Below the pieces are notes generated by a model that made no database searches, had not been told where the DNA came from, and was given only the letters and a program-made list of their open reading frames with translations. Positions 1-12,574 of a stretch of 64,000 nt of DNA are shown here, piece by piece. A program made the translations under genes and the position numbers. The stretch spans positions 39,370,001-39,434,000 of the forward strand of contig NC_086115.1 of the NCBI RefSeq assembly GCF_963921235.1, given 5' to 3'. Position 1 is the stretch's first letter; every line of letters begins with the position of its first letter. Source of the DNA: Mobula hypostoma. Lineage: Eukaryota.

Positions 1-204
1 ATAATTCATAGTGATGTCTTTTTTTAAAAATAGAAAGCTGAACTGCCAAGATTCATCCTCTTTCTTTTACAGGCTTACATGATTTGGAAGCTTAATAACA
101 GATTGAATTGTATTAATTTCTCAGGTAAACTCTCAGGATGGACTAGTTAAATATCACTGAAAAGAGCCAATTAAGTTCCCAGAACTATCATTGCTTTGAA
201 TTAA

Positions 205-430
205 GTAATTTAAAATCCTTCCCACATCCCCAGTGATATGCTCGTAGGCTAATTTGCTTCAGTAAATTACCCCTAGTGCTGGTGCATGGTTGAAGGATCG
301 GGGGCAGTTCACTGGTTATGAGAGAGAGAATGGGCTAGAGAGAAATAAATGAGGGAACGGAATTGAAATGATTGGTTGGAGAACCAGCACCAGCTTGATG
401 GGCTGAATGGCTTTCTTCTATGTCATAATA
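205..430 (+). mobile_element. HE1-like SINE, 3' part
   Basis: cccacatcccc...taaattacccctagtg...gatgggctgaatggc pattern; similar to the copy at 49460-49795. Confidence 0.5.
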
Positions 431-904
431 AAGATAGGCACATGAAACATACTTGTTGAACTTAATTTGCTGAAGCACTTTTGTTTTTATGATTGTACAT
501 CTTCATAATCATAAATTGATAATTTTTTGTGTGATAATGCCAAACAGCAAGATGCTTCCTGACAATTAAGAGATTTAGTAAGATGAACAACTGTACTTAC
601 ATAGTTCATTTCATAACCTTATAAAGCTCGAGAGCTTTATAATCTAAAATACAAAGCACTTGAGATGATGACAATGCCTATATTTTCATCTTCTCATCTT
701 TTCAAACTCTCAAATAATGTTAGGAACTATCTTGTCTGTTGGCTGAAGCCACAGCAAGGGTGTCTCCTGTTCCAATGCTGTAATGAAGCTACAGACAAGG
801 GCTTCTTTGGATTATCTTTCCAAGTAATCACATGTAGGGCAATATAGAAGAATATAACTTGGCTAATTACTATCCCTTAAAGAGAGATCTGTTCAATGTT
901 CAAT

Positions 905-1425
905 GTTCTACGTTCCTCCTTAGAACACCTGGAGAACAAAGATACATACTTAAGGCTCCTTTTCATTGACTACAGCTCTGTCTTTAATACCATCATTCCA
1001 AATAAACTGATCCCTAAGCTCCGGAACCTGGGCCTTAGCACTCAGATCTGCAGCTGGATCTTCGACTTGCTCACAGACAGGACCTAGGCTGTAAAAGTAG
1101 AGGACAAGCTCTCCTGTACCATCACTCTGAGCACCAGTGCCCCACAAGGCTGTGTACTCAGCCCCCTGCTGTACTCACTGTACACCCATGATTGTGTAGC
1201 CAAGTTTCCATCAAACTCAATATACAAGTTTGCTGATGACACAACAATTGTAGGCCGTATCTCGGGTAATAAAGAGTTTGAGTACAGAGAGGAAATTAAC
1301 ACCCCTCAACGTCAGCAAGACAAAGGAATTGGTTGTTGACTTCAGAAGGAGTAGCGGACCGCACAACCCAATTTACATCGGTGGTGCGCAAGTGGAACAG
1401 GTCAAAAGCATTAAGTTCCTCGGGG
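905..1425 (+). mobile_element. Rex1/Babar-type LINE RT fragment
   Basis: [39 protein letters not shown]; GAPQGCVLSPLLYSLYTHDC; KFADD. Confidence 0.85.
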
Positions 1426-1599
1426 TCAATTTTTGTCAGTGTTCACAAATACCCTAATCCAAATATTCGTTAACTCTGGCTCTAATATTCCCAGAAGTCC
1501 AGCTCAGTCCCCCAAATCTCACAACAACGTTCCAGGCATGAGGTGTTGCACTTTGGAATCAAATAAAAAGAGAAAATATATAGTTAATGTTTGGCCTTG

Positions 1600-2110
1600 A
1601 ATAGTATTGAGGTACAGAGAGATCTTGGGAGACAGGACCACACTTCCCTGAAAGTGGCTGAATAAGATTTAGGGTGGTAAGGAAGGCGTGTGGAATACTT
1701 GCCTTCATTGGTAGGGGTGTTGTGTCATGCTATTATATAAAAATTAAGTCAGACTGCTCCTGGAGAAAAGCTCCTGCATGCTTTTCTCTTCTCTCCATCA
1801 TAGGAAAAGGTGCAGAAAAGGTTTACCAGGATGCTGACTGGTTTAGAAGAGATGAGCTACAAGGAAAGACTGGACAAACTTGGGTTGTTCTCTGTATAGT
1901 GTTTGAGGCTGATGGGAGGCATGAAAGAGACTTTTAAAATTATGAGGGGCATAGATAGGGTAGACAGTCAGAATCTTTCCCACAAAGTAGAAATGCCAAA
2001 TTCTCGAGGACATTGTGCTGGGTTTGGGTTACCAGCAGTAGTAGAGGAAGCAGGCTCCTTGGTGGACTTCAAGAGGCTTTTAGATGGACAAAACTATATG
2101 GAGAACATCT
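1600..2110 (+). mobile_element. CR1 LINE 3' fragment (degenerate)
   Basis: DLG...VVRKACGILAFIGRG...KIMRGIDRVDSQNL; typical CR1 ORF2 C-terminus. Confidence 0.8.
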
Positions 2111-2469
2111 AGTATAAATTGATATCAAGATTGTCAAGACGTCATTGGCCAAATGGTCTGTCCAGTGCAACACTGTTCTATGTATCTTGGGACGGACATT
2201 AGTGTTGAGCCAAGCTCTGCCAGATTCCAGATTCCATGCCAATGCTGCTTTATTTTGTGGCCACTCCTAAGATGAAAAGCCCACATAATATAACCTGACA
2301 AAAGCAATCCTGATCTTAGGGGATCTCTGCCTGGTTCTATACAGTGTGACATCTGTTAGGGGGAAAGGCTAAAAGGAAACAAAAACTTGTTTTAAAAAAT
2401 GCAAGTTCTGTTCTTCAGTTGTGATTTATCTGTTATCTCAAAGTTTACCAGCATGGTCCACAGCAATGC

Positions 2470-2790
2470 CTGCCTTTTCACTGGCTGCATATAACTCTCC
2501 CCAACTCTTCCTCAGCTGCATTGATGACTGCATTGGTGCTGCTGCTTCATGCACCCATGCTGAGCCTGTCAATTTTCATCAATCTTGTCTCCAACTCCTG
2601 CCCTTAAATTCACTTGGTCCATTTTTGACACCCCTCTCCCTTTATTGATCTCTTTGCCTCCATCTCTGGAGACAAACTTTTGACCAACATCTTTTATAAA
2701 CTTGCTGATTCCCGCGACTATCTTGTCTATAATGCTTCCCACCCTGTCTCCTGTAAAAATACTATTCCCTTCTCTCAGTTCTTTCATTCT
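2470..2790 (+). mobile_element. Penelope-like element RT fragment
   Basis: PQLFLSCIDDCIG (YIDD-like) followed by IFYKLADSRDYLVYNASHPVSCKNTIPFSQF, as in the other Penelope copies. Confidence 0.75.
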
Positions 2791-3041
2791 ACTTTGTTAG
2801 CATCATATTTTTTTTTATATTACAGAGGATCTTTAATTCTTGAACAATGTTGCAAGCAACATGCGGATTTCATAGCTTTCATTTGCTGAGTTAATGAATT
2901 CATTAACCTAGCTAATGACTACTGTGAAGCCTGCAATTACTTGTTGCCAACATCATACAATTCATAATTCAATGGGTCCAGTGAGAAACTGAAAACCATT
3001 ATTTAATTCTGCATTTAATTTTGTTGCATTTCTTCTCTTAG

Positions 3042-3158
3042 GAGCAGAAGACCTGCCTGCTTCAGTCAGATCTATCACCAGCTTCACCGGTGACAACTGT
3101 CTCTCAGTTTGCGTGTCAGAGGAAATCAACACTTGACAATAAAAACAAGATATTCACG
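3042..3158 (+). CDS. DNTT: TdT exon 3 (BRCT-to-8-kDa-domain linker), 117 nt: EQKTCLLQSDLSPASPVTTVSQFACQRKSTLDNKNKIFT
   Basis: Acceptor tttcttctcttAG (3040-3041), donor ACG|GTaaag; the SQ(F/Y)ACQR..TL.N...IFT motif is characteristic of TdT. Confidence 0.93.
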
Positions 3159-4008
3159 GTAAAGCTCATCAAGAAGTGTTTTGCTTTATTTTTAGCATTA
3201 TAGCTTTATAATTAACATTATTTGTTTCCTACCTGGCAGACAAGTGGTAAATAAGTTCAATGGGTAAGATTTCTCTGGGACTAGAGTGACTACTGACTTC
3301 CCAACACATCTCAAAAGGATTATACTAGTTAATACGCAAACATTCCAAAGATTTACCACCGTCTGGTCCCAGTCTTCCAGAAAGGTAACTCACATGCGAA
3401 GTGTGAATTCTGGACAAAACTAGAATCACTGAAAGGATACTGGACAGCTATGTCCAGTATCGCCTCCTACAAAGTGAAACTAAGCAGCATACAGTAGGTG
3501 ACAACAAGACTTCACTCTCAGATGAGCTCAATGCCTTTTATTCTCATGTTGACCATCAAAACATAGAGGCACCTTCACAAATTTCAACACCCCTAGATGA
3601 TTTCAATCTCGGAGGCTGACAGAAGAGCACCTTTAGAAGGGGGAAACCACGGAAAGCATCCAGCCCATGGGATACCTGGCCAATTACTCAACACTGTGCT
3701 GATCATGTGGCTGGAATGTTCTCTGATACCTTTAACCGCTCACTACCACAGTCTGAAGTTCCACCTGCTTCAGACAGGCTTCAATTATACTAGTATCTAG
3801 GAAGAAAGTGGCAACCTGACTCAATGACTATTGTCTAGTAGCACTTACATCCACCGTGATGAAGTGGTTTGAGAGGTTGGTGATGAAACATACATCTCCT
3901 GACTGAGAAGCAGCTTGCATCCAGTTTGCCTACCGGAGTAACAGGTCAACAGATGATACCATCTGCTGGCTCTTCACTCAGCTCTGGAACATTTGGATAG
4001 AGAAGATA

Positions 4009-4526
4009 CAGTGGCATGCAAAAGTTTGGGCACCCCTGGTCAAAATTTCTGTTACTGTGAATAGCTAAGTGAGTAGAAGATGAACTGATTTCCAAAAGGC
4101 ATAAAATTAAAGATGGCACATTTCTTTAATATTTTAAGCAAGAAAGCTTTTTTATTTCCATCTTTTACATGGCAGTACTTAGTAACACCCCCTTTAGCAA
4201 GTATCACAGCGAAAGTCCCCCAAACAAGTATTGAAAGACTCTTAGCTGGCTACAAAAAGCATTTACAAGCTGTGATACTTGCCAAACGGGGCGTTGCTAA
4301 ATACTGCCATGCAGGGTGCCCAAACTTTTGCTTCGGGCCCTTTTCCTTTTCTTGTTATTTTGAAACTGTAAAAGATGGAAATAAAAATGTTTTCTTGCTT
4401 AAAATATTAAAGAAATGTGTTATCTTTAACTTTATGCCTTTTGGAAATCAGTTCATCTTTTACTCGCTTAGCTGTTCACAGTAACAGAAATTTTGACCGG
4501 GGCGCCCAAACTTTTGCATGCCACTG
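4009..4526. mobile_element. 518-bp non-autonomous Tc1 derivative, same family as 51094-52668
   Basis: TA TSD at 4007-4008 and 4527-4528; TIRs CAGTGGCATGCAAAAGTTTGGGC / GCCCAAACTTTTGCATGCCACTG. Confidence 0.95.
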
Positions 4527-4920
4527 TACATATATCAGTATGCTCTTCATTGACTACAGATCAGTATTCGATACTATAATCTCCTCAAAGCTAATCAATA
4601 AGCTCAAAGACCTAGGCCTCGGTATCTCTTTATGCAGCTGGATCCTTTATTTCCTTTATTTACAGCCCCCAGTCAGTTTGGATTGGCAACAACATCTCTT
4701 TCGCAACATTTCCTCAGAACAGGTGCACCACAGGGCTGTGTACATACCCTCTGCATTACTTGTTTTATACTTATGACTGTGAGACTAAGCACAACTCCAA
4801 TGCCATATTTAACTTTGCTGATGACACCGCTATCATTGGCCAAATCAGAGGCGGTGACGAATCAGCATTTGGGAAGGAGATTGAAAATATGGCTGAATGG
4901 TGCCACAGCAACAATCTTTC

Positions 4921-5998
4921 TTTCTTTTTCAATCTTTTTATTAGTTTCATAAAATATAAACATAACATAAAAATAGTACAAAGTTATTGGGAATACATTG
5001 TTATACTTAACATGAGTAATTATGGAACCAAATAGGAGTTGATTGACAAAACTCCCAATCATATAGGATACCAATGAATAATACATAACAAAAAAAAATA
5101 TCTGGACAAAAATCATGAAAAAAGAAAAAAAAAGAAAAAAAATAACCCCCTCAAAAAATGCTAATCTGAACAGAATTAATCAACTAAACTGAAAAAAAGA
5201 CCTGGGCTGTTTTAACATTGTAAAAAATGGGAGAAAAGAAAACCTTAGTGTCGATAACTCCGTTCCTCTCAACCAACACTACAGAGATGTAAAATAAGTT
5301 TGGAAATGGCCAAATTACATAATATGAAAATGCTGAATAAATAGCCTCCAAGTTTTTTCAAATTTAATGGAAGGGTCGTAAATCACACTTCTAATTTTTT
5401 TCCAAAATTAAACACAACATAGTCTGTGAAAACCAGTGAAATATAGTAGGGGGGTTAACCTCTTTCCAATTCAGCAAAATGGATCTTCTAGCCATTAAAG
5501 TAAGAAATGCAATTATCTGACGAGCTGAAGAGGTTAAATGATTTGATTCTTTCATTAGTAACCCAAAAATAGCAGTAATTGGGTGAGGTTTTAAGTCTAT
5601 ATTCAAAACCATTGAAATAATATCAAAAATATCTTGCCAATATTTTTCCAACAACGGACATGACCAAAACATGTGAGTCAAAGAAGCCATCTCGGAGTGA
5701 CATCTATCACATATAGGATTTATATAAGAGTAATAACGGGATAGTTTATCTTTGGACATATGAGCCCGGTGCACTACTTTAAACTATATCAACGCATGTT
5801 TAGCACATATAGAAGATGAATTAACTAAATGAAGAATCTTTTCCCATTTTTCAATTGGTATAATAATCTTAAGTTCTCTTTCCCAATCAGTTTTAATTTT
5901 ATTAGATACATCAGGACATAAATTCATAATTATATTATAAATAATTGCTACAACACATTTCTGAGAGAGATTTAAATCTAAATTTTTTTCCAAAATAA
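4921..5998 (-). mobile_element. 5'-truncated L1-clade LINE (ORF2 C-terminal CCHC region plus 3' UTR)
   Basis: CDRCHSEMASLTHMFWSC zinc knuckle; 12-bp TSD caacaatctttc (4909-4920, 5999-6010); AATAAA and A-rich tail on the minus strand. Confidence 0.9.
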
Positions 5999-6689
5999 CA
6001 ACAATCTTTCATTTAATGTCAGCAAGACCATGGAGTTAATTATTGGATACAGAAGGAGGAAACCAAAGGTCCTTGAGCCAGTCCTCATATCAGAGGTGAA
6101 AAGAGTCAGTAATTTTTAATTCCTTAGTGTAATCATTTCAGAGGATCTCTCCTAGGTATGGCACATAAATGCCATTACAAAGAACAATTTTCTCAGAAGT
6201 TTGTGAAGATTCTGCACGTCATCTCAAACTTTGACAAACTTCTGTAGCTGTGTGGTGGAGAGTTTACTGGCTGGTTGCATCATGGCCTGATATGGAAACA
6301 CGGATGCCCTTGATAGAAAGGCCTACAAGAAGTAGTGGATACAGACCAGCCCATCATGGATAATACTGACCCTACCACTGAGCGCATCTATGGCGGGGGG
6401 CGGCGGGGGGGAGGTGGTACTGTTGCAAGTAAGCAGCATTCATCATTAAGGACTTTCACCATCCACACCATGCTCTCTTCTCACTGCTGCCATTAGGAAG
6501 GAGGTACAGGAGCCTCAGGACCCTCACCGCCAGGTTCAGTATCAGTTAATGTTCCTCAACCATCTGGCTCTTGGACTGGGGGATAATCTCATTCAGCTTC
6601 ACTTACCTCAACGCTGAACTGTTCCCTCAACCGATGGACTCACTTTCAAGGAGTCTTCATCTCATGTTCACATTGTATATTACTTATTT

Positions 6690-9130
6690 ATTATTATTCT
6701 AGGTGTATTTTTATTGTTTCTTAGCTCAAGCTGGTTAAAGCTGAGGTTTCGGCATTCCTCAATTGCTAGGAACTTTTGGACTGTTCTGGTGGTGTTTAGT
6801 AATGTGGCTTTCTGGAGATTTACATACATATTGCTGTGTAGGCCTAATTATTTAATGCTCTTGTGTAGTGACTTTGGGAAGGTACCAGTTTTAAATATTA
6901 CTATTGGGATAAAGTTCATGTTCCATAGTCTTTCAAATTCTTCTTTTAATTCAGCATATCTCTATGTTTGTCACTTAATGATTTCTGTAAGTTGTGCGCG
7001 TTTGAAATGACTTTATCTATTATGTAAGTTGTTCTTGCTTTTTTATCCTATAATATTATATCTGGATGGCTATTATGAATTGTCCTATCTGTAATAATGG
7101 ATTGGTCATAACATTATTTGTAGGACCCTGACTAAAACTGGATCAGGCTTGTATTTATAGTGAGGTATGGTAACTTTTATGAGTTCGTATTTTAAAGCAA
7201 GATTTTGGTGAATGATATTTGCCACTTGATTGATCCTGTGTAAGTAATCAGATTGAGTTAAACTGCTGCAGGATCCTGTAATGTGTTGGATTGTTTTTGC
7301 TTTCTCTTGGCATCTTCTGCATCTATCATCTTAAATTTGTTGGTCTCTTATTATGTATTTTCGATATTTTTGTGTTAACCACCTGGTCCTGTATTGCCAC
7401 AGGGAACCCCTCTGTTTCTGAGAAGATGTCTCCAATTCTGAGCGAGGCTTTGGACACTTCCTTGTCAACACCTTGTCTGCTCAGATCAAGGTTTGTCTTC
7501 CATGGAGGGTTCTGATCTTCCATTGGTTGACTTTTTCTTTTATCGTGAAATTTCGTCATTTTTCTGGGTTAAGTTTACTTTTTATCAGAATTGTGTGTGC
7601 TCACATGGAGTGCTGAATCCTGTTTTTGTTGATGAAAATATATGCTTCAAAGTTTTATCTGACTTCTGTGTAATTTTTGGTAATGTCTGTTATTCCTCTT
7701 TCTTCTGTCCTAGGTACTATTAATCTAAGTGTATTTGAATGTGTACATTGTGTTTTCTAAAATTTGACATTTCAGTTCTTAATTTTATTTGCAAGCTTTC
7801 CAAATTGGTTTCAGACCAAGAAAATATGCCAAAAGAATGTGTTAATATGGGTATAGCAAAAGTGTTTATGCCCTTGTTATATTTTTACTGTAGAGCTCTG
7901 TTTGGCAGATTTTCTTAAGCCTTGAAGTAAATTCTGTTGGAAATTTTCCCTTTATCACACCAATGGTCTATTTTCTTTACTTGTTGATATTCCAGATACT
8001 TATATAAGACCATAAGATATAGGAGCAGAAGTAGGCCATTTGGCCAATCAAGTCTGCTGCGCCATTCAATTCTGGGCTGATCAAATTCTTCCAGTCATTC
8101 CCACTTCTCTGCCTTCACCCCATACCCTTTGATGCCCTGGCTAATCAAGAAACTATCTATATCTGCCTTAAATGCACCCAATGACCTGGCCTCTACAGCC
8201 ACTCGTGGCAACAAATTCCACAGATTTACCACCCTCTGACTAAAGTAATTTCTCCACACCTCAATTCTAAAAGGACACTCTTCAATCCTGAAGTCATGCC
8301 CTCTTATCCTAGAATCCCCTACCATGGGAAATAACTTTGCCAATATCTAATCTGTTCAGGCCTTTTAACATTTGGATTGTTTCTATGAGATCCCCCCTCA
8401 TTCTCCTAACTCCAGGGAATACACCTCATACGGTAACCCTTTCATTCCTGGAATCGTTCTTGTGAATCTTCTCTGAACCCTCTCCAATGTCAGTATATCT
8501 TTTCTAAAATAAGGAGTCCAAAACTGCACACAATACTCCAAGTGTGATCTCACGAGTGCCTTATAGAGCTTCAACATCACATCCCTGCTCTTATACTTAT
8601 ATACCTCTAGAAATGAACGCCAGCATTATATTTACCTTCTTCACAACTGACTCAACCTGGAGGTTAACCTTTAGCGTATCTTGCACAAGGACTCCCAAGT
8701 CCCTTTGCATCTCTGCATTTTGAATTCTCTCCCCATCTAAATAATAGTCTCCCTGTTTATTTCTTCCACCAAAGTGCATGACCATACATTTTCCAACATT
8801 GTACCTCATTTGCCACTTCTTTGCCCATTCCCCTAAACTAACTAAGTCTCTCTGCAGGCTCTCTGTTTCCTCGACACTACCTGCTCCTCCCCCTACCTTT
8901 GAATCATTGGCAAATTTAGCCACAAATCCATTAATACTGTAGTCCAAATCATTGACATGTTTGATATTCATCCATCGGTTATATTGTGTCCTGTTGCTCT
9001 GCCTTATATTCTACTAGCTCTATTGCAGCTTTCTTAATGTTTAATGTTCTGTACTTTGCTACTCCAAAGTTCATATTTATATCTTTAGGAAGTAGTTCTA
9101 CTACTTGAATTAATTGAATTAAGGCGATTA
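6690..9130 (-). mobile_element. R4-clade (Dong/Rex6-like) non-LTR retrotransposon with restriction-like endonuclease, interrupted by CR1
   Basis: ETEGFPVAIQDQVV, NTFAIPILTHSFG, PDII..DKK..TYIID (REL PD..D motif); DINMNFG...MDEY|KYL restored across 8006-8963; 3' end at a TAA-rich tract. Confidence 0.8.
8006..8963 (-). mobile_element. CR1 LINE 3' part nested in the R4-clade element
   Basis: FVAKFANDSK..LQRDL..WAKKWQMRYN, LYKALVRSHLEYCVQFW; (gaccataa)n tail; 4-bp TSD atat (8002-8005, 8964-8967). Confidence 0.9.
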
Positions 9131-9134
9131 CTCA

Positions 9135-10075
9135 TAGATAGATAAAGGGGATGCAGTGGATGTTGTATATTTGGACTTACAGAAGGCCTTTGATAAGGTG
9201 ACACAAGAGGCTGCTTACCAAGTTAAGAGCCCATGGCATTACAGGAAAGTTACTGGCATAGTTTGAGGTTTGGCTGATTGGACTTAGACAGATTAGCAGA
9301 ATCGGCAAGAGTGGCAAATGGAATATAATGTCAGAAAACAAATGTTCGTGCCCTTTAGTAATAGAAATAAATGTGCAGACTATTTTCTAAACGGTGAGAA
9401 AATCTAAAAATCTGAGATGCAGTCAGACTTGGCAGTCCTTCTGCAGAACACCCTAAAGGTTAGCTTACAGGTAGAGTCAGTGGTGAGGACGGCAAATGTA
9501 ATGTTAGCATTCATTTCAAGAGGTCTAGAATACAAGAGTGGGGATGTGATGCTTGAATATTGTGCTTCTCATCTGAGAAGGAATGTGCTGGCCTTGAAGA
9601 GGGTAGAGAGAAGGTTCACAAGGATGATTTTTGGAATGAAAGGGTTATCATACGAGGGAAAATGGATGGCTCTGGGTCTGTACTCACTGGAATTTAGAAG
9701 GATGAGCAGGGATCTCATAGAAACCTTTTGAATATTGAAAGGCCTTGACAGAGTAGATGTGAAAAGGATGTTTCCCATGGTGGGGCAGTCTAGGCACAGC
9801 CTCAGGATAGAGGGGCATCCATATAAAACAGAGAGGAGGAGATATTTCTTAAGCTTGAGGGTGGTGAATTTGTGGAATTTATTACCACAGGCAGCTGTGG
9901 AGGCCAGGTCGTTGGATATATTTAAGGCAGAGCTTGATTGGTTCTTGATTGGACATGGCATCAAAGTTTACAGTGAGAAGGCTGGGGAGTGGGGCTGCGG
10001 AGGGGAAAATAGGATCAGCCATGATTGAATGGCAGAGAAGGGCCAAATGGCCTAATTCTGTTCCTATGTCCTGTG
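9135..10075 (+). mobile_element. CR1 LINE RT and 3' fragment with internal deletions
   Basis: VDVVYLDLQKAFDKV; AFISRGLEYKS; GLYSLEFRRM; CR1 3' tail. Confidence 0.88.
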
Positions 10076-11744
10076 GTCTTATGGAATCTCAGGTTTCATG
10101 GTGACATATGTATACTTTGATAATAAATTTAAGTTAATATTTGAATTGTGATCTCTGCAGCCACCAAAATTACGTGTCATTTGTTTTGATAGGGTCTATC
10201 CGTTTGGCATCATTATAGTGCCACACTGCAGGTTGGAGTGAGTTGTTGCTATAAACAAGGGACATAGCCTACAAAAAAGTGCAGTAATCACTTCTACCAT
10301 ACTTTCAGTGGGGAGTGTGTGAAATGGTTTGCCTAGTGCGGGTTAGTTAGATTGTGACATTAATCACTTAATCACACTGATTTGAAGCAAGCACAGTCAT
10401 TTGGATCTTCCTGGTCTTTTATCACTTAGAGGTGAATGTGCTTTCAAAAGCACAAAGAAACCCTTCCAATTCTGACTGGAGACAACATAAATTATTTATT
10501 GCCTATTTTCTGCTTTATTTCTTTTGGTTTGTGATTCTACACATTTTGAGTGCTATTCCATCTGCTCTACTTCTGATGTATTCGGGGAGTGTTTTGGCTG
10601 CTGCAGGTGGTTTTTTTTTGTCACCTAAAGCTTGAAGAAAGTTTTATGAAAGGAAAGAAGGGTTAGGCATGCTGCGAGACTCATCATCAATGATTTCAAC
10701 CCTGCTGCTGGCTCAGCAATGGCTCTTTTAGCAATGATCAAGACAGTCTCCTCGGTCAGGGCCTGAGTTTGTGCTGTTTCTCTCTATATCTCTATGACTC
10801 CATCACATGCACTTGGACAATTATATTTAATCTGATGATAAGCTAAAGTATGTGTTTTAACACAATGCACATTGAAACTCTTTGGCTCACCAACCAAATA
10901 TGATAACTGCCGCAGTTTGGCCTATCCTGTTATTGTTAATGGATGTGGCACAGGCCTTGGGCAACCAACAGGTTCTCAGGAGACAAGTTGGTTATTAAGA
11001 TGTTTCAATAAGGTTGCATACTTAGGGCTTTTTCACTCCCCAGCTTTCCTATTGGTACAGCCGGGAGCTAAAGGGAGGCAAGGACACATATATAGTAGAT
11101 GGAAAAGGTACTCGTGGGCCTGCAGAAGAAGTGTACCCCTGACCATTCCCAGGCAAACCCATTTTTTATGTTGTCACTGCAACTGAAACTTTGCCAAAAT
11201 CATGGTCCTCTTACACATACTAACCCTCATCCTCTTGTAATTATTGACCCTTTCCCTCTGATCATTGCCTTGTATTGATCAGAGATGTGCTATAACTCAC
11301 CAGTTGCCCATCCCTTCTGTGCCCCAGTGATCACTGGCACTCCTAAATGGGTCATCCCTACAGTCACAGAAATCTCTCTGTCCACAGACAACTTGCACGA
11401 TCACTGGGTCACTGTAACTCATCCATAACCAATGTCCTTTATAGCGATTGACCTCCCGATTGACTACTCAGTCAATGGTCACTGTCATCATTAAATCTTG
11501 TGATCATTGTCCCTTAAACGACAATGGCAGATACTCTTTCCTGACCCCCTTCTCATCACCAGCATGATCTCCCATCTCAGTGGATTCCCAGCCAACTCTT
11601 GTCCAACCGTCATCACCCTTTATCCTTACCACCCTCAGTGCCCCTCCCCTCCAATCTCATCGCAAGCAGCAGAGAGTCTGTCTGACCCCCAGCTGCAGGC
11701 TGTTCTGGGGCAATCTTCCTCCTTAACAAGAGCCTCAGCCTTCT

Positions 11745-12410
11745 TAACATCCTGCTATCTAGTTGGAAAAACATCTAAGATAAGTGAGGGGAGATCTTAC
11801 AGAGGTAACAAATTTGTGTGGAGTATAGGTAGGGTGAACGCATGCAGACTTTCCTTCCTCAGGTTGAGTGAGACTAGAACTAAAGGTCATGGGCTGAGGA
11901 TGAAATGAGAAATATTTAGTAGTAGTAGTAGTAGTAGTAGTAGTCATACTTTATTGATCCCGGGGGAAATTGGTTTTCGTTACAGTTGCACCATAAGTAA
12001 TAAATAGTAATAGAACCATAAATAGTTAAATAGTAATATGTAAATTATGCCAGTAAATTATGAAATAAGTCCAGGACCAGCCTATTGGTTCAGGGTGTCT
12101 GACACTCCAAGGGAGGAGTTGTAAAGTTTGATGGCCACAGGCAGGAATGACTTCCTATGATGCTCTTCTGATTTAAGGGAAATTTGAGGAGGAACAACTT
12201 CACTCAGATGGTGGTGCCACTGGGGAGTGAGCTGCCAGCAAAAGTGATAGATGTGAGTTCAATTGTAACATTTAAGAGAAGTTCGGATAGGTATATGGAT
12301 GAGAGGGTGATGGAGGGCTATGGTCATTGTGCCGGTAGATGGGACAGGTAGAAGATGAGGCTGACACCAAATAGATGGGCCGAAGAACCTGTTTCTGTGC
12401 TGTAGTGCTC
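11745..12410 (+). mobile_element. CR1 3' fragment split by a younger insertion
   Basis: LSETRTKGHGLRMK...aaatattta|agggaaatttgagg is restored across 11919-12170. Confidence 0.8.
11919..12170 (-). mobile_element. 252-bp LINE 3'-end insertion (Rex1-like) with an (ACT)n tail
   Basis: 5-bp TSD attta (11914-11918, 12171-12175); (AGT)n run on the top strand; gggatcaataaagta terminus. Confidence 0.7.
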
Positions 12411-12574
12411 TACGACTGTATAAAATACAGATTATAAACCCCTCCCCCATTAATTTCCGTGAAATAAGTTGAAACTGAAGATGTAATGCAAAGCACTAAA
12501 TAACAGATATTCCCACATTTGTTTTGTTATGCTACAATATATCTTATTCTTCACTATAATTCAAAGACTGATTA

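Larger units (their letters stand above)
3400..6660 (+). mobile_element. Rex1/Babar LINE (RT to 3' end) interrupted by a Tc1 derivative and an L1
   Basis: EHLDRED|TA|YISMLFIDY is restored across 4009-4526; WCHSNNL(S)|FNVSKT is restored across 4921-5998; FADD at ~4815. Confidence 0.85.

Noticed and set aside
10590-10615. CAGGTG E-box next to a GTGGTT RUNX-like motif as a lymphoid enhancer
   Set aside because: A single overlapping short motif without further support; too likely by chance.
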